A DNA stretch of 64,000 nt from Diadema antillarum (Eukaryota). Within the stretch, counting starts at the first letter, position 1. The number at the start of each line of letters is the position of its first letter. The notes beneath the pieces are model-generated. The model ran no database searches. It saw nothing but the letters and a program-made list of their open reading frames with translations, and was not told the DNA's origin. The position numbers and the translations under genes are program-made. This document shows positions 11,606 to 24,316 of this stretch, piece by piece. Where the stretch lies: contig NW_027270918.1 in NCBI RefSeq assembly GCF_040938485.1, positions 4,030,001 through 4,094,000 of the forward strand, written 5' to 3'.

Positions 11606-14600
11606 CTTGTAGTGTGTAAAGCAAAACTGTTAAATGCAGAGAAAATCATGACAGTCATGTTGTTTTGTATACACAATAGTTGGCAGATTTGACAAGTTTC
11701 TGTATTTTTGAGAACAAAAATTAGTTAATGGGAATGTGATACTGAAGAGGATGTGTCTCTGAGTATGGAAGTGTTTGATCATAAAAACCTCTTTCTCTGT
11801 GTGATTTGTAAGTAATAACTCAAAAGATATATGATGCAGAGGGGAAAAATAACTACTTTCACGGTATGATAAGGTATGATACAAATGTATGATATGTTGT
11901 GAAATTATGCCTTGACCCTTATGTTCATAGCAGGCTATAATTGTCACATTAAGAAATCTGATTGTGTGAGAAGTAGGATACTTTCAGTTGCTATAATAAA
12001 ACCATATTCATCTGATATATTAACTGAAGTGACACTTACTTAAATGTAGAGTGTAGGCAGCCAAAAGAAATTCTTTAATACATGTGTAAAGTGAAAGTAT
12101 CAGTTAACAGTTGTTAAGATGTTATATGATCAGTGTAGCTAAAATCAGAGCCCGGTGCCTGTGTGTACCATGGCATCTACATTTACATTTTACCAGTGAC
12201 AGAGTTTTGATTTTGCTTTTCTTTTCTTTTCTTTTTTCCTTTGGTTTATTGTATATAGCATTGCAATTATGCCTGCAGGCTTGCGCATTCACAACAACTG
12301 AGTAAAAACGAATAGAGATGACGTTTAATATGGCCGTGTCACTTGTACAGATTTGTAGATTAGAGAGTTTTCCGCAGTCAGTGAGTGTACATGTGGGTGA
12401 ACTTTACCCAAAATTATGATACACTTTCTTGGCATGTCTCTCCTCCTAGATCCTAGCATTCCCCCTCTCACCCTCTCCTTATCCTTTATCCCCCCATCAC
12501 CCAACCCCCCCCCCCCCATTCTCTGTTTAGCAAGCACACACATGTACATTCCCCAAGCAATCTCCCTCTCATAGATTTGACAAACCGCAACATTAACATG
12601 TCCGTGTCTTGAATGCCTTTAAAGTTCTTTACATGACCGGGAGCATTTTCCGCAAGAATAGTTCTTTAAAAGCTCTCCCACCCTCCAGCAATAACAGGTG
12701 TATTTCATATCACGTAAGGATAGAAAGAGTTTGCTGTGCTCCACTTTCAGCGTACATGTAGTTCTGTCTTTGGAGGGGAAAACTGCGGTGTTCCAATTTT
12801 AGAATGAATGAGCTTCTAGTGTTGATCCTGATTTATACTTCCTGTCATTTCTTCTCTTCTTTTTGTTTTAAATTCTTTTACACACAATCTGAGCTGAGAC
12901 TGTTACATTTCTATATAAACTTTATTCAGAGAATGTGCCCGCCATCGATACGACACGGAAGGTGAACAAAGAATCTGAACAAGTTCAACAAGTGCTTTAT
13001 GCATAGAAAACTCATTCACGATGACATAGGTGACATGAAAGGAGTCTTTTTTATCAGAAATTGGGAAATTTTTGTTCAAGATTAGCAAGATACTGAAAAA
13101 AAAAAGCTTTCAGTAAAAACAGAGATGTGGTCTCCTAATAAAAGTTCAATGATCAAAAAGAGTTTTATCAAAAATGTATTGCGTTCCTATAAGTCTCAGC
13201 TAAACATGTTTTCAAACTCGGCCTGTTTGTTCATGAGGCAAGGTTTTGTGTTGCTTGTGATGTGTGGTGAAAAGGAAATAACAGCAATCTTACTTCTCCC
13301 CCTGCCTTCATTCGTGCAACTGAGCTTTGGAAGAGCTTAATTCAATGTCCCAAATGGTGTGATGCAAATGTTGCTGTGGAGTACTGCCCTACATACAGCC
13401 ATGTTGGCAAATCTGGATGAAGTGAGGCCTGGTAGTGTGAATGTATTAAACACTTCACCTCCTCACAAAGAAATTGTGTTTTTCCCTCTACCCACTGCAC
13501 AGCAATATTTAGAGTCTTGAAACATGCAAACAGTTTCCCAGAAGTTAGTTGATTCAGTCTTAAAACAAAGACAGAAGCCAGACGAGTGCCTGGTTTGTGT
13601 TCTTTGCCAAAATGTGATGATCCGTTTGCAAACCACGATGTTGCAAATTTAGAATGTTTTTCTTCTCTCGTCTGCTAGCTTCCTTTGCCTGAAATGCGGT
13701 TGTTGACACTGATCTGCTCCATCTACTGTGCGTACCACACCGTGGAAGGAAATGAGCTACTTGTAGAAACAGCACATTAAAGGACACAAGAGTCCAAACA
13801 GTTCTGACATCAAACACAAATACTTCTCCACCTTTTTGGCAATATTAGCTCAAGTTTTACATAGCAGCTTTATCAATTTCCTGGAATGTCTCTAATAACA
13901 AAGTTTTGCCTGCGTGATGCATAGTTTGCAAAAGTTCACGTGTAACATACGTACGCTGAGGAATGATTGCCGATACAATGTTTGCCAAACCCCCTAGCCA
14001 CGAGGCCAAGCATTTTGCACTCATCTGGGAGGCTGATGGAAAATAAACAAAGGAGACATTTTTAGAGTTTTCTCCGATGTCGAATTACTGCATTATTGAG
14101 CAAAATGCTGGTAGCCCTCACCTGTGACGCATTATGGAAGAAAGAAGAGGCAGGAAATGAAAAGGAACCGACTGTATAACTTTTCATATCTTACTCTTAA
14201 TGGCCAAGGGATATTGAATTGAAATTAGACCCGTACGATCCTGAAGCCATAAGTCTTATATTTGGGTGAACCATTGTGGTAGTGAAAAGGGCTTCGAGGG
14301 TTATATATTTCATATATGCTGAGGGGAAGTATTGTGCCTTTTATGAAAATATTTTTTTTTTCAATGTTGAACACAAGGAATAGGAGCACACTTTTTTTTT
14401 GTCAACAAACCACATCACATCATATTACTATTGCTGTAAAATCAATCATTATTCTTCATCAAATAACAAGTATTTGCTTAGTTTTGCGGTGTGATAGTGA
14501 ATGGAACATGTCTGAAACACAATGCATTTAGTGACTTCAGAGAAATATTTATTTAATGAATGTCGAACTAATTTTTGCCTAATTCTTACGTAGTCTTTTA

Positions 14601-17600
14601 GTAATCCACTCATTGCCTTCCCCACAATAATATGGAAGAAAAACGAGAAGCTAACCGGATTCATAGTAGTTGTATGCGTAAGATACCTGTAAAAATTGTT
14701 GTGGGGAGTAATGGAGGATAACTGAAATTATTTCAGTTCACGTGAAACAAGGGACAGTGCACGCAAACACCTGTACTTAGATGTTGTGCCGTGGAACTCT
14801 CAAGGTTTTGGTTCGTGGGCTGTCAGAGAGAAAATAGACCATGGTAATGAATGAGTCACCATAATCCTGCTAGAAGTTGAATGTCATAGGAAGGGGCCAG
14901 AAGATATGTTATCAGACAGTGATCTTCAGTCTCTGAAGTCTCGCTTCCCAACTTTCAGAAAAGTTGTGAAGAAATTTTTGCACACATGACTTCTCATTCT
15001 CAAGAGTGAGATAATTTAAGGGAGTGTTTATATCTTTCCAAACTGAATTTTCTTTTTTCAAAGTAAACTTGTAACACCTGGAGAAATTTATCTCTTGTTT
15101 ATGCAGCGGAACAAGCCCAAAATCCAAAATGTTAGTGACTTTTTCTTTGTACTAACTAAGACAAGTATGACATGATTTATGGTAATGTGAGTGAATTGAA
15201 TCATCTGATATGGCATTTGATAAGATATATTTATTTTTTTTAAACGTGCAACTTGGTTGGTATGAAAGTAAACTCATGACTTGTTACCTTTGCATACCCT
15301 GCAAAGAAAGAGTTCTACTCAAGTAAATAATACTGTACATCATAATCACAAAATGGTCAAGATTTACATGTACTATTTCAAAATCCCTGTTGGATGCAGC
15401 AACCTGGCAATTATATTCAAACTGTCTGTGCCTTCTTCATATATATTTCATCCAGTGTCGTGCAAGAATGTGGATGTTATGTGCCTTCATTTTACAAAGT
15501 CATTCCATGAAGCTGTCTTCATCAGGGTCAAAATCCCTCCTTACACATGCCCCCAACATAATGGAAGTGATCAATTACCAGAATTAGTGTCCATAAACTC
15601 GTGTGATGTTACGATAATCGAATGAGAAATGGGGCAATAGGAAACCAGATGTGATGATTCACTGGCATTGATACCCTATAAACCATTTTTTTCCCTTCTG
15701 ATTCTTGTCTTAATATGGCTTATCTTTTTACCTTTTTTTTCATCATATTTGTGAGAAAATTATGTGCCTGCTAGATGAAAATGTTCCATGATGTATCCGG
15801 ATCTCGTCTTAAATGTCAACTGACATCTTGAGAACAGTTTTGACACCATGCCTTAGATGGTGAATTTTTTTTTTTTTTTTGGGGGGGGAGGAGGTTAAAT
15901 TCCTGTCATTGTGTACATACATTGTAAGTAACATTCTTTGAAAATGAAGGAGTGTAGATTTTAATGAGCATCTGTCCGTTTTTAGCACCATGCCTAGTGA
16001 ATGAAATATTTTGGTTAAATTCTTGTCATGGCGTACATACATTGGAAGAAAAACGTTCTCTTAAAATGAAGGAGTGCAGATTTTGAGGAGCATCTGCCCC
16101 AGTTGTCCGGAAAGATGGTGTAAATATGGTCAGTGGGAAGCGTAATTTCCCATCCCCAGTGTGCTTTTTGCTCAGTAATTTTTTTTTTGTATGATGGCAA
16201 ATTTTTCCAGAAAGGTAAAGAACCAGGACCAGCAGTTGAATTGAAGGAAGGGAATGCAATGAGATTAATCCCTGCAATTAGGTCTCAAGGACCGCATCAT
16301 TCACCAGGTCTTCTGTGCTCTCTGTGCGTGCATTCCACTTTCCAAGAATTAATTACCACTGCCCACTCCACGAGAAACCTGAGAATGTAGCATCGGCAAG
16401 AGCTATCATCACTAAAGCTGTCACTCTAACCCCAAATGTATAAACTTTTAATGAAGCTCTGATTTTCGCTAATCTTGAGACAACCCGAATTTGGGACAGC
16501 CGCATCTCTGCACGAGTGTCAGTGACTCAAGAGAACTTCTGCTAAATTCGCCTGGGACATCGCTATCTTACCCAGAATTTGAATTAGCAAAGTTCTCAAC
16601 TTCATTATGTTTATGTTGATGCCGGGAACGATTCTGTCAAACCGTGTGACGTTGAGGACGAGGGGCCCCTCTCCGGTGCACACGTTCAGAGGTACATCCT
16701 GTCTTCCGTGAAAGCTGCCGATCCCCCACGATAATAATCAGTCTGACAGCGTACAGCAGCTCATGGAGACTTGTGTTCTGGAGAGCGGACTATTCTTTTC
16801 CAGGAAACCAATACTTACTGCGGCATCAGGTATCCTCACCTCAAAATCTGAGGGTGCAAAGCAAATCCTTGGACTTGTGAAGTCATAGACATCTTTCGAG
16901 CTGCACAAATGATGTCATGGCAGTCCGAAAGTAAACAAACGTTTTTATTGTCCCAGATTCTGTAGGTCAATGCTCCGTACCGTTACGATAGGGGCATTTA
17001 CACTGCAACTGAAAACCCTGTATTTTTTTGCACATTCTAGTTTTTCGTCTGTAGTTGTTAAACAAATACTGGTATGTGAGCGAAAAGAGAGAATTGAAAA
17101 AAACCCCAACCCTCCTCAAGAGTGAAGTTCTTTGAAACTCGGCAGTTTTGTTCAGGTTTTTTGCCAGTATAAATGCTTGTTCCCCGTCTTATTCCTGTTG
17201 TTAGTCACCTGACATCCCCCCTTGACGTGGGAGATCTCTGGTCCACCGGCCTACACACACCACTGATCTCGCTACGTAAGAATTACACAGATCAGTGGCC
17301 TCCACGCAAAAGCAGAGGCAAGTTATGCATGCACACTACCTACCAAAAATATAAATATTCCAGTTTTTCTCGCACATGGGTAATTCCTGAAGGAAAAAAA
17401 AAAAAGTTTCTGGTTTTTCTGGCAGTGTCAATGGTGCATCGAAAAACTCTGTTTTTTCGCCATATCCGTTTTTTGCAATGTAAATGCCTGTAATTTCTGA
17501 ATCTTGTGGCCTTTCTTGACAGTTCTGATGCTCTGGTCTTGTCTGGAGAAGGTGCTAAATTGAATCTTGGATGGATGGGTAGACGCTGACCCTCCAATTT

Positions 17601-18745
17601 GCATCCATTCTTGACCATGAGTCATAGACATTCAGGTGTGAAAGCGGTCAGTTCAGTACGAATGAGGACACATATATCTGCATGCTTGCAAACAGCAATG
17701 TTCGATGGGAGAGATTGAGGGAAAAAAAATAGTGATGTAACATTGGTAGGTGCGCAACAACAACTGGTAAAATTTGCCGGATGGCATTTTGGATTCTAGT
17801 TAGGATGTGGATATATCTGCCAACAATGGGCTAATTTTAGATACCGTGTGGCGACAATCAAACATGAGATTTGCCGTGGTCGGGTTCGGAATGAAAGAAA
17901 AAAAGTGAGTTTCCACATGCCTTGTGCTTTGAGAGGGGGAAAACTAAAACGAGGCTCCCAGCATATATGCCACTAGAATTAATCATTTTACTGGGGCTTA
18001 AAATTTCCAGAAAAAGAGAACATGAAAAGGCCATGAATTTACTTGAGGCTTTGATTTCAGTTTTGTTCTGTGATATAACAGTAGCCAAATTGTTTATACA
18101 GAGTTGAAGTTGGAGAAAGGTTTTTCACACCGTTTTTGTATATTTGGTTAGCAAATGTGATTGTGTGAAAGAAAAAAAGACAGTGCAATATATTTTCACA
18201 TGCTACCATGCATTTAGGAAAAAAATCTATTTGAAATTGGAGGAAAAAAGATGCATTGTAGATATGAGTACAAAACAGAAAGAAGAATCTTTAGCCCTAA
18301 AAATAGCAGTCCTGTTTTGAGAGCAATGCCCAAAAAAGGTAGTTGTTCTGGCTTTCTTTACAGTGTATATTTCTGATTTATCACTGTCATGATGCACAAA
18401 AGATTACCAGCACAATATATACTTCTCCAAAGAAGGTGTGAACGTCTCTTTGCAATATCTGAAATGGCTCTCCTATTCCACGGAAATCATAACATGGCTA
18501 GGTGTGTAAATTACTACTTATCACTTGAGTCAACTAATCACTGCATTTCTGAGAATTTTTCACAAGAGGTCACCCTCTACCAGGGTATTTAGGCAACCAG
18601 ATTCAATTTGTGGAATTTATTGGATTGTTCTATTAAAATACCTTGCTGTTGCCGCACCTGCAATCAAATTCTGTGTCATTCACTGAAGGACATGTCCTAT
18701 TCAGAGGGCAAAAGGGTGTTATGTCCAATAAGCCATAAAAATTGA

Positions 18746-19265
18746 TACTGTAAAACAAGAAATGTTTGCGTGCATTTTAATTTCAGAGACTCCAACTCTC
18801 CCGTTTTCGACGGGAGATCTCCCGCCGAAAACCCATTTTTGCAAAATCTCCCGTTCTCCCGTTTGAGATTTAATTTCTCCCGCCCTGGCTCAATGTCTCC
18901 CGTTGGAAAGGATTTCTTACTTATTGCTATCGTATGCTGCAAAAATAAGCCTTAGATAGCACCAGAGAGCATCAGTAACCCTTGGAACTTCGCGCTTCGC
19001 ACACATAAACTTGGAGTCTCCCGTTTGCCAGGGGTTTCAGGCGGGAGAATCTCCAGATCAGAAGGTACTTCGGGTTGGAGTCTCTGTAATTTCGCAAATT
19101 TCGCGAGCGCCAAGATTCGCGAAATTAAAATGCATGCGAAATTTCTTATCTACACTATATGCATTGAATGCAAGAGGCAATTCGCGAAAATTTCTTGCCA
19201 CGAAAAAGGCCGTCGGCTCCAATTTGCAAAAATTTCGTGCCGCGAATATATCATCTTTTACAGTA
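18746..19265. mobile_element. Tc1/mariner-type MITE interrupted by a hAT-like MITE
   Basis: Termini TACTGTAAAA...TTTTACAGTA. The right half is homologous to the partial copies at about 7040-7214 and 30582-30732. Confidence 0.65.
18784..19086. mobile_element. hAT-like MITE with a 6-bp TSD
   Basis: TIR CAGAGACTCCAAC / GTTGGAGTCTCTG, TSD TAATTT on both sides, many subterminal TCTCCCG motifs. Confidence 0.8.
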
Positions 19266-19989
19266 CTTATGTTTCCCTCAGCCATTCAGAATCGATCAGG
19301 ATGACATTCCTCACAATTAGACACTGTGAGATGAATCCAATCCAACTGAGAATGGGAAGTGTTAATCACCTTTTGCGTGGTAATGCTGTTACATGTTAGG
19401 TATTAGCTATGCACAGAAGAAAAAAAAATCATCAGTTGAGAAGCAAAAGGACACCAATTCAATTGCTAGTACCATACAGAACTTGTGCCTTTCTTGTCCA
19501 ATCAACTGACAAATCAAAACCTGTGATTCTAAACACATCTTCTTCTTTTAATTCTGTGATGTACAAACAGGAGAATTGAATTTTGCAGTTGTTGCTATAG
19601 CTTTTCATGATGATTCCTTTTTCGCATAATTGCTGTTATGTATGGCCTGAGCTATGCTGTAAAACCACATTTGGCCCCGTCTCTTACACAGCAGGCAGTG
19701 CGCGAAATTTTATGCAAGCCAAAGTGGTACCCTGAATATACACACTAAATATCTGCATCTTTAGCTGCCCTTTTACCTGTAGGAAAAGGGGGATGAGGTA
19801 TAAGAGGAACTCATGTGGGTTTCATCTTCTGGCACACAAGGTACGGATGCCATATTACGCATATCATTTTCAGCAATATGGCAAACGGCTTAGTTAAAAA
19901 AAAGAGAAAGAGAGAGAGAGACAGAGGGGGAGAGACAGAAAAAACAAAAACCCAAGCCAGGTCGAGCATGCAGTCTGCAGGAGTTGGCA

Positions 19990-20200
19990 TTCACAGCTCC
20001 AAGGCAAGCACAAGCCGGCCGAGCTAAAAATAGCTCGGTTTCTATTACAGGAAACAAGTAGGCGGAGCCAGAGCCGAGCTGGCTGGCAGGCGCCGACCAA
20101 TCAGCAATGACTACTCGCTCCCAGAGTGTTGCTCGGCTCGCCTGCCTGGCATAGATGCGAGTGATTTACTGTGGCTGCTGGGAATGCCAGTTGTCTACCT
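19990..20200. promoter_or_regulatory. Candidate promoter/enhancer module upstream of the GPCR
   Basis: MEF2 consensus CTAAAAATAG (20024-20033), ETS-like CAGGAA, GC box AGGCGGAGC and CCAAT box GACCAATCAG (20097) within about 80 bp of a GC-rich island. Confidence 0.5.
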
Positions 20201-22475
20201 CATAAAGGAGAAAGCACAGAGTGAGGCAGGCAGTGGACATATTTTCTAGGGAGACCAGGTATTTTGGAATTGTTTTGCTCTGCAGAGCAGTAGCTGGTCA
20301 AAAATTGTGATTTTAGTCCAGTGTGTTGTGCCACTGCCATCATTGGAAAGAGTGCCTGCTTTGCTTTTGGACATGAAAACATCTCTTGAGAGGATTTAGC
20401 AAAGTTTTCACTATTAAGTGTGCGGAGGTGCCATTGTGGAATATACCATTTTTTAGGGATTGACCATTTATGGTAAGTTTCGGTCTTCTCAAATTTTAGA
20501 TTGGCATATGTCATTTAATGGCATTCCTTTTCCCCCCTTGATTTTATCTGTGCAAGGTTATTTATATATGTGTCATGTATTATTATATCATAACTAATTT
20601 CTTATATTTCTGGTCTGCTGTTCAGTGCATATGAGGAAGGAAAGAAAAATAATGAAAAAATGAATTAAAATCAAAATGAAAATGCTACTACTCTAGAAAC
20701 CAAATTTCTGTTTCGGCATCACAGAAGAACAATAAATACTTGACAAGCAGAGCTTTCATGATACTATGCATTCTTCTCATGTTATATCTGAAGCCATATG
20801 TTTTGCTCAGTTATAAACAGTCCTTCACTGTTAGCATTTAAACCTTTGATAATTGATTCTTGTATGTTTTCCATCTTGGAAAACATACAAGGACAACTTG
20901 GAATCATGGAAATACAGTTTACGTTTCTGATTATTGTGCAAATCCCATATTCTCTCTGTTTTCTCTCTCACTTTAAATCTTGCTGTCCATGCCTGAAATG
21001 TTATAGTGTAACAGTGATAAGACACCACTATTCGACAGTTTTCCATATTAGCCTGTTGCTTGTGGAATATAATACGCAAAGTATGTTTCTGACTCATGAT
21101 TGTTTATACATTGTTTTGTGGAATGCCTTCTTTATTTCTGTTGTCTGCAAACAGGAGTACTGTCACATGTTTTTCTTTATTGAATTAAATATGCATTATT
21201 TCTTCGACTGCTTTTTTATATTTTAATTAAATTGTTACCTGCGTAATAAGTTATCATTTGGTTCATTGGTCATCTAGATTTATCTTCAAAGGGAATACCT
21301 CACAATTCTAAGAAATATCCACTTTGCTGCTGCCCCCAAAAAATTAATCTCATTTTCTGCACGCATCACAGCCCACGCTCTTTCATAGCCACCTGACCAT
21401 ATCCCTCATCTGAGCAATTTCATAATTGCCGTTGCTCTCTGTGATGTAAACAATCATATTGTCGCGAAGGCCCAAACAAGTGGACACATAGCTAACCAGC
21501 ACAAACAAACAAACAAACACACACAACACACACTCACACAGCCACAAATGGCCACATGCGCATATCCAAAGTGAACTTCACCCACTTCGTTGTGTGGTGG
21601 GGTGTATGTACGTCTTCCTCAATGGGAGCAAAAGTGAAACTATACTTCAGAAACATAACCAGAGCTATTTCAGTCCGTCAAGCCAGAAAGTAAAGCGTGC
21701 CATGGTCATAACCCAGCCCATTACCAGGGCAGGACATTTATTAGCCATGTTGAATATGTGTCCTCTAGATCTTGATAAATGTCTCTAACAAAGCCCTTGT
21801 CATTGTGAGGGTGTAATTAACTCTCAAAAGTGGCAATGCAATTATGAGGCTGTGGCACTGAAATACCCATATTGCTATTTTTTTTCTTTGCACAATATTG
21901 TACATACCACAGTGACACAAATGGTGTGAATTTGAGATGCGATGTTTCCGATAAAAGCAGACCAACATTTCTGTAGTTGTTGCGGTTGCTTTGATAGTAT
22001 GTGTGATCTACATAATGATAGAAACAGCTCACTACCACAGAGAGATGATAAGTGCTCTGATTAAGATCTTCATGTACCTGTGCCTGAATCACGCAGAAAA
22101 CTGTCATATTGTTTCTTGCCGTGTTGGCATGCTTCACATTCAATTATAAATCAAGGCAATTAGGGTCGCGCTATTGTCTGAGGTACAATGACTGAGGTGT
22201 AATTAACCTCACGTTTTCTGGCAACGCCAACCGAGCCTGAGCCATTCGGGCTGCCGGGAACCGGAGCAGCCAGTCTGTGTGGCTGAGGAATTAAAACACT
22301 CTTGAGGTCACTCTGTGATATTTGTATGCATCATTAGGTGTTTGTTTGTTTGTTTGTTTTTTATGTCCTTGTAATTTGCTTTTTTTTAAAGAGAAGCTTG
22401 GAGGGTGATAGTTACCAACATTGGCTCTACATGAATACATGATATTCCAATTCTCTTTCCCTCTCTCTCTCTCTT

Positions 22476-22715
22476 TCTATCTATTCAATCATATCTATTG
22501 ACCCATCTGTCTGTCCATCTGTATGTCCATCTATCTACTTATCCATCTATCTATCTATCCCTTTATCTATTCATCCATCTATCTTTCCATCCATTTGATA
22601 CCAATGTCTGTGCTCCTTGTTTTCATAATCTCTCCCACATCTTCAATTTCCCATTTCTCTGTTTTATCGCTTTATGTATCTATGTTTATCTCTTTCTTTC
22701 TATCATCCATCTATG
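22476..22715. repeat. (TCTA/TCCA)n degenerate microsatellite next to an assembly gap
   Basis: Direct reading. Confidence 0.85.
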
Positions 22716-24316
22716 NNNNNNNNNNNNNNNNNNNNNNNNNNNNNNNNNNNNNNNNNNNNNNNNNNNNNNNNNNNNNNNNNNNNNNNNNNNNNNNNNNNNN
22801 NNNNNNNNNNNNNNNNNNNNNNNNNNNNNNNNNNNNNNNNNNNNNNNNNNNNNNNNNNNNNNNNNNNNNNNNNNNNNNNNNNNNNNNNNNNNNNNNNNNN
22901 NNNNNNNNNNNNNNNNNNNNTATCCTTATCTTGCTTCTCCACTTTTTAATTTCCATTCTAGATTTTTGTGAGTTTCTCCTCTTGTCCTCTTGTCTGTGCG
23001 TTCAACTTCTCCATCCACTATATCTCCATTGTCAATCTCTTCTAAAGACTCCTTATCTCATAGCCGTTTAGTAATCATTTGGGGAATATGAGATCGCATC
23101 TCCTCCCCTAGTATTCTGATCCCATTTGAAGGGAAGCCTTTTGCAGTTGTTCTGTATGTTTTGACTAGGCCAGTTTGCATTGTCTCAGTTATGCACGTAT
23201 CACTGATCATGTTTGGTCATTCATTGTAATCATGTAAGTGTGTTTTCCAGCGGAAATGTCCAGAGCTGTGGCATGTAGTTCATAATCCCTTTGAATGAGT
23301 CAGCTTAGGCACAGTATTGCAATGTTAGATAAGATCAAAACTAATGAAAATAAGAATATGATATTATCTGATGCAAAGGAAAAGCATGTTTGATTGCTGA
23401 TTTTATTTCTTTATAGGGGCCACATTTTTAAATTCTTAGCTCACTGATGTCACAATTTTTTTTAGATGTAACATTACACGTCAGCACAATCTTGTGAGCT
23501 CTTTTGGCACTCATCTCTATAAATTGTTTCTAAATTTGCGTCATGAAAATTCACGTCTTTGTAAATTCGTGGCGAGGAACCTGTCACTCTAAATAGAGAC
23601 TGACTCATGCTCTCAGCTTACACACATCAAACCTGAGGAATGAGCAAATCCATTTCCCCTAAAGGGAAGAAGTGGCAGGGAATGTGTATTTTGAGCCGCA
23701 AAGAGTTCAGGCCAGATTTATCGCCTTCTGAAAGTGACATCCTAAAAATACCACCGCAGTTCCTCTGGGTTCAGTCTTTCCCAATCTACACAATATCACA
23801 CACATTGGCAACAGTGGCTGCAAAGGGCCCAGTCTGCTCAGTGCCGATCTGTAAAAATATGCATTGTGTTCCGACAAATGTTTAAAGACATATGCCTCTC
23901 AGCTGCTGTGGCATATGTGAAAGGGAAAGAGAAAGATTTGAAAAATTTACATAAAATAGTTTCCTTGAGGTATCAGTCACTTATAATTTGCATGGGTTAT
24001 GAGTGACTAATGTACGTATTCACACAGACTGTGACATGCAGCTTTTTGTTGCAATTCACTGCGTAATTCCCCCTGTCTTTGTTTCTCTTTTACTTCCCTG
24101 ATGGTATTTCCTTGTGATGATTTGAATTCAAAAGAAAGAATTGAAGAGAGGATGAAACTAGAAGAGTTGATTGACCAAGCTGAACACGCATTGATCTACT
24201 TTCACTTCTTTCTCTCTTTGCAGGGCCTGCCCTTCCTCTGCTGCAGCTGAACGAGCCAAGCTGAGTTTGTCCCGACCGAACTACCCACTTGAAACCGCAG
24301 GAAGGAATGACTCGCA

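Noticed and set aside
15809-16200. Duplicated unit translating to LRR-like CSLKSTLLHF
   Set aside because: Frames break between units and there is no LxxLxLxxN register or splice signal.
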